Shown here in pieces: positions 60,705 to 64,000 of a stretch of 64,000 nucleotides of DNA. Source of the DNA: an uncultured Thermoprotei archaeon (GTDB lineage: Archaea > Thermoproteota > Thermoprotei > Thermofilales > B15-G2); NCBI GenBank assembly GCA_965367815.1, contig CBDUKN010000001.1, positions 1-64,000 of the forward strand, in the 5' to 3' direction. Numbering within the stretch: position 1 is the first letter of the stretch; every line of letters begins with the position of its first letter. The notes under the pieces are model-generated. The model worked only from the letters and a program-made list of their open reading frames with translations. It did not search any database and was not told where the DNA came from. The translations under genes and the position numbers were made by a program.

Positions 60705-61355
60705 ATGAGTGAGCAAGTTAGTATAGAAGAAAAAGAAATAGTTGAAGCTCTTTTAAAAGAAGTACGCGAGTCTGCTCAAAAAGAAGCTGAGAAAATACTT
60801 AAGGAAGCAGAAGAAAAAGCTAAAGAAATATTAAAAGAAGCTGAGGCTAGAGCTGAAGAAGAGCTTAAAAAGAAAATAGAGAGAATAAAGAAGAGGGTGC
60901 GCAGCGAAGTTTCCAGTAAAATCGCTTTAGAAAAAATGAGAATTAGAAGAGAGTATCTAATGGAAAAAGAACGCATAATAGAAGACTTACTTAGTGAAGT
61001 ATCGGAGAAAATAAGAAGACTTATTGAAAAAGATCGTGAGAAGTACAAGTTATGCCTACTGAATCTGATAATTGAAGCTACTCTAAATATGCAAAATGAA
61101 AAACTATTCGTAGTTACTACAAAAAGAGACACCAAATTAGTGGAGGAAATACTTCCTGAGGCAGAAAAGCTTCTTTTAAAGAAATACTCTCGTAAAGTTA
61201 GGCTCAGACTAGCTGAAGAGAAGATAGAGGCTTTAGGTGGAGTAATCCTCAGAGACAAGGATAGTAAAGAAATATACAATAACACGATTGAAGCACGAAT
61301 TAATAGAGTAAAAACGGAAGTACTGCCTAAAATACTTTCAGAAATAGTTAAGTAG
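60705..61355 (+). CDS. atpE: A/V-type ATP synthase subunit E
   Basis: N-terminal EAEKIL coiled coil; C-terminal LGGVIL..YNNTIEARI. Confidence 0.9.
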   Translation: MSEQVSIEEKEIVEALLKEVRESAQKEAEKILKEAEEKAKEILKEAEARAEEELKKKIERIKKRVRSEVSSKIALEKMRIRREYLMEKERIIEDLLSEVSEKIRRLIEKDREKYKLCLLNLIIEATLNMQNEKLFVVTTKRDTKLVEEILPEAEKLLLKKYSRKVRLRLAEEKIEALGGVILRDKDSKEIYNNTIEARINRVKTEVLPKILSEIVK

Positions 61356-61466
61356 TTCCCCCTCACCTTAAAGTTTCACAACTATTTCTCTGAAATAATT
61401 TAAGTAAAATAAAGCTTTATTCAAGCCTCTAGCACTAAACTATAATAGCTAAGTAATTTAATTAAA

Positions 61467-62489
61467 GTGTGTAGTATGACGCTAAAGGTTGCTCTATCAT
61501 TGGTACTTAATGCTCATTACAGAGGATATATTTACGAAAAGATAGATGAGTTAATTGAAGTTTATAAAAGTGTATTAAGACTTATTGATAAGTATGGATT
61601 TAAGGCTACTCTCTTTATTAGTGGTGCTACTGCTGAAGCTATTGGAGGAGACGAAGAGCTGTTGAAGATAATCAAAGATGGTCTTAAGAAAGGACATATT
61701 GAAGTCTGCAATACTACTTTTAGTTATGCTATTTTAGCGAAGCTCCCGTTGAAAGAAGCTAGAGAACAAGTAAAATTGGCTAATGAGACCTTAGCTCAAG
61801 TCTTTGAAGAAGTTTCTAAGGGATTCTATCCACCTGAGTCTTTTTTCGATCCTCTTCTTCCAATGATCTTGAGAGAGCTAGATTTCTCATGGATTCTGTT
61901 AGACCCCGAAAAGTGTAGACATGAATATGGTGAGGTAATTCCTCATGTTCCTTTAGAATTCAGAGGTGTAAATGAAAGTAAGATACGTGGAGTCTTTTTA
62001 TGCAATAAATGGAGCGACTTAAAGCATTTAATGATGCTAGACGAGCTTCCTCCTCCCCCACGCTTAGTAACCGTTATGTTTTCTGAAAAAGATATATTTA
62101 CTCTAGGAGAAGCCGAGAAGAAACTTGTTTTGCTTAAAGCATTATCTGAGCGAATTGAAGCAGAGTTCGTACTTGTGTCAGAATATATTGAGGAGGTTCC
62201 TCCAGCAGAAGAGGCTGTTGTAGGAAGTCTGAATCCTCTATGGAGGCTTGAGGAACTGTGGAATGAAGCGAGGGAAAGTATTAGAATTCTAGAAAGCTTA
62301 GCTAGAACTAAGCAGAGTGTAGATGCATTTACACTACTTAATAAAGCTATTAGAAGTCTCTACTTATCTGAGACTTCGAGTACTTACTACGAGTCGAGAA
62401 ATAAAACAGGATTGCTGGAGCTATACTCATGTGAAAAAGCTTTGGAAGCAATTAGCTTGGCTAGACAAGCTCTGAAAATACTATCATAA
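61467..62489 (+). CDS. GH57/polysaccharide-deacetylase-fold protein (degenerate)
   Basis: ATLFISG, IEV, AILAKLP, GFYPPE, ETS. The usual HxHQP and YxHP motifs are altered. Confidence 0.65.
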   Translation: MCSMTLKVALSLVLNAHYRGYIYEKIDELIEVYKSVLRLIDKYGFKATLFISGATAEAIGGDEELLKIIKDGLKKGHIEVCNTTFSYAILAKLPLKEAREQVKLANETLAQVFEEVSKGFYPPESFFDPLLPMILRELDFSWILLDPEKCRHEYGEVIPHVPLEFRGVNESKIRGVFLCNKWSDLKHLMMLDELPPPPRLVTVMFSEKDIFTLGEAEKKLVLLKALSERIEAEFVLVSEYIEEVPPAEEAVVGSLNPLWRLEELWNEARESIRILESLARTKQSVDAFTLLNKAIRSLYLSETSSTYYESRNKTGLLELYSCEKALEAISLARQALKILS

Positions 62490-62554
62490 TACTCGAAAAC
62501 AATAATAGAAATGTATATATACTCCCTTTGAGAGAGGCTGTGGCGATAGACAGC

Positions 62555-62956
62555 ATGAGTGAGGGATCAGACAGTAACAGTAGTAGTATAAAGTTTAAGA
62601 AAACTCTTACACATACACAAGTAACTCCAGTATTCTTAGGAACAATTCTTCTATTGCTCACTGCAGCAATACTCTACACATCAGAGCCATTTAAAACACT
62701 CTCAGCTTTTTTCGCAACATTCATTCTAGCGGCTTTATTCTCACTTACGGGAAAAGAGAGCTATATTGCTAGAAGAGGAGGGCTCAGGAAGTACTTGATC
62801 TGGCCATGGACAATAACAATGGTAGCTGCATTGAGTTACAGAAGTTTAGCCATGTTCTTCATTCCAGCTGAAATCTATATAAAGGAATTTCTATCAGCTT
62901 TACTAGCTGGAATAGTTGCTTTAGGACTTTTAAAAACATATAAACAGCAGAGATAA
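62555..62956 (+). CDS. Hypothetical membrane protein (4 TM)
   Basis: Hydrophobic ORF; ATG at 62555. Confidence 0.6.
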   Translation: MSEGSDSNSSSIKFKKTLTHTQVTPVFLGTILLLLTAAILYTSEPFKTLSAFFATFILAALFSLTGKESYIARRGGLRKYLIWPWTITMVAALSYRSLAMFFIPAEIYIKEFLSALLAGIVALGLLKTYKQQR

Positions 62957-63009
62957 AATTAATTTATTTGCTTTTAAACTATTTCTGATTCTGATATTTT
63001 AAGATAGTG

Positions 63010-63960
63010 TTATAGTATTGGCAATAGATCCTCTATATCTAGTACCTTATTGTAAAGCATTTTTATAAGTGACCCTATTTCCATTAAATCTAGTGCATTT
63101 TCTTTAGTGCATTCACTCATGATTGAATTTAACTGTTCCCTAATATTCATTAAGTTTTTGCGGAAGCTCTTTGGCTGAGGCTTATTAGACAAGACACTGT
63201 TGACTATTTTTTCCTGTACATCTGATAATTTTTTAGCTACAGATTCAAGCTTTAAACATATTGTTTCACTGTAGCTCTTATCTAGAAGTTTAAGAGAAGT
63301 TTTAGCTATTTCCTCTGAAATATCGGCTATTTCCTCTAAGTCTCGTGCAAGTAGCCTCATGTCCATTAACAGGAGTCTCTCTTTGCTCGAAAGAGATCCC
63401 TTAAGGAGAGAAGTTCTTATGACTCTTACTGTCAGAAAGTACAGCCTGTCTACTCTATTATCTCTCTCGATAACAGATTCTGCTAGCTTACTATCTTTTT
63501 CAAGTAAAGACTTCAGTGCATCAAGGTACATTCCTCGAGAGAGCTTGTCCATGAGTTTGAGCAGCTGAACTACACTGTAATTACTTCTAATAAAGCACTG
63601 AAGCGATATCTTGTTGCTATCTTCTTCAACTACTTCAAGACCTGTGAGAATAGAAAGCAGGGGTTTTATTTTTCCCAGTACCTCGTTTAAAGGACACATT
63701 CCTAAGGCTACTTCAATTACATCGTAGCCGTGTAGATACGCCGAAACGATCTTTCTGTTCAAGTCTTCTTTGCAGTCGACAACAAGTTTTCGAGGGACAT
63801 CACTTGTTGAAAGAGGTAAAATTTCTAGAACTCCGTCTTCTCGCAAAGAAACATCGACCAGCTCTCCGTCGCTAATGCCCCATCTGCGAATCCAGCTCTT
63901 AGGCAAAGACACGTAGTAGGAGTTTCCTATCTTAATTACCTTTCTTAAATTCTTTTCCAC
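63010..63960 (-). CDS. phoU: Phosphate uptake regulator PhoU with N-terminal AbrB domain
   Basis: RKVIKIGNSYYVSLPKSW, AYLHGYD, GLEVVEE, DNRVDRLYFL, LEEIAD. Confidence 0.9.
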   Translation of the reverse strand: MEKNLRKVIKIGNSYYVSLPKSWIRRWGISDGELVDVSLREDGVLEILPLSTSDVPRKLVVDCKEDLNRKIVSAYLHGYDVIEVALGMCPLNEVLGKIKPLLSILTGLEVVEEDSNKISLQCFIRSNYSVVQLLKLMDKLSRGMYLDALKSLLEKDSKLAESVIERDNRVDRLYFLTVRVIRTSLLKGSLSSKERLLLMDMRLLARDLEEIADISEEIAKTSLKLLDKSYSETICLKLESVAKKLSDVQEKIVNSVLSNKPQPKSFRKNLMNIREQLNSIMSECTKENALDLMEIGSLIKMLYNKVLDIEDLLPIL

Positions 63961-64000
63961 AAATTAAACTACTTTTATACAAGTTAAACTTAAACTTTAT

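Noticed and set aside
60776-61366. 196-aa antisense ORF, and similar Ser/Phe/Leu-rich shadow ORFs throughout the window
   Set aside because: Reverse-strand shadows of Glu/Lys-rich genes, with no motifs.
1-64000. CRISPR arrays, tRNA/rRNA genes, IS elements
   Set aside because: No regularly spaced repeats, cloverleaf/T-loop signatures or transposase motifs were recognised by eye.

Overview
Archaeal chromosomal DNA, AT-rich and gene-dense, with archaeal TATA/BRE promoters and archaeal-type LeuRS, DtdA, ApgM and A-type ATP synthase. It is most consistent with a thermophilic Thermoproteota (Thermofilales/Thermoproteales-like) genome; this taxonomy is inference. Contents: a box C/D sRNA at the left edge; carbohydrate-active genes (GH106/GH2-like, GH38, a processive GT2, a GH57-like protein, a FAD oxidoreductase); NfeD-stomatin, MgtE, TldDE, an M42 peptidase and an ECF/DUF4430 pair; an Frh-like group 3 [NiFe]-hydrogenase converging on an 11-gene complex-I-ordered group 4 [NiFe]-hydrogenase; and an A1Ao ATP synthase split into three oppositely oriented blocks. 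The best candidate for an undescribed system is an AT-rich cassette at about 20.0-22.5 kb. It has a 56-aa secreted propeptide gene immediately followed by a tandem-HTH (Lrp-like) regulator, with a 14-bp inverted-repeat operator abutting the TATA box. This architecture resembles bacterial peptide quorum-sensing cassettes. No CRISPR array, tRNA, rRNA or transposase was recognised. All family assignments are from motif recognition by eye, not database searches.
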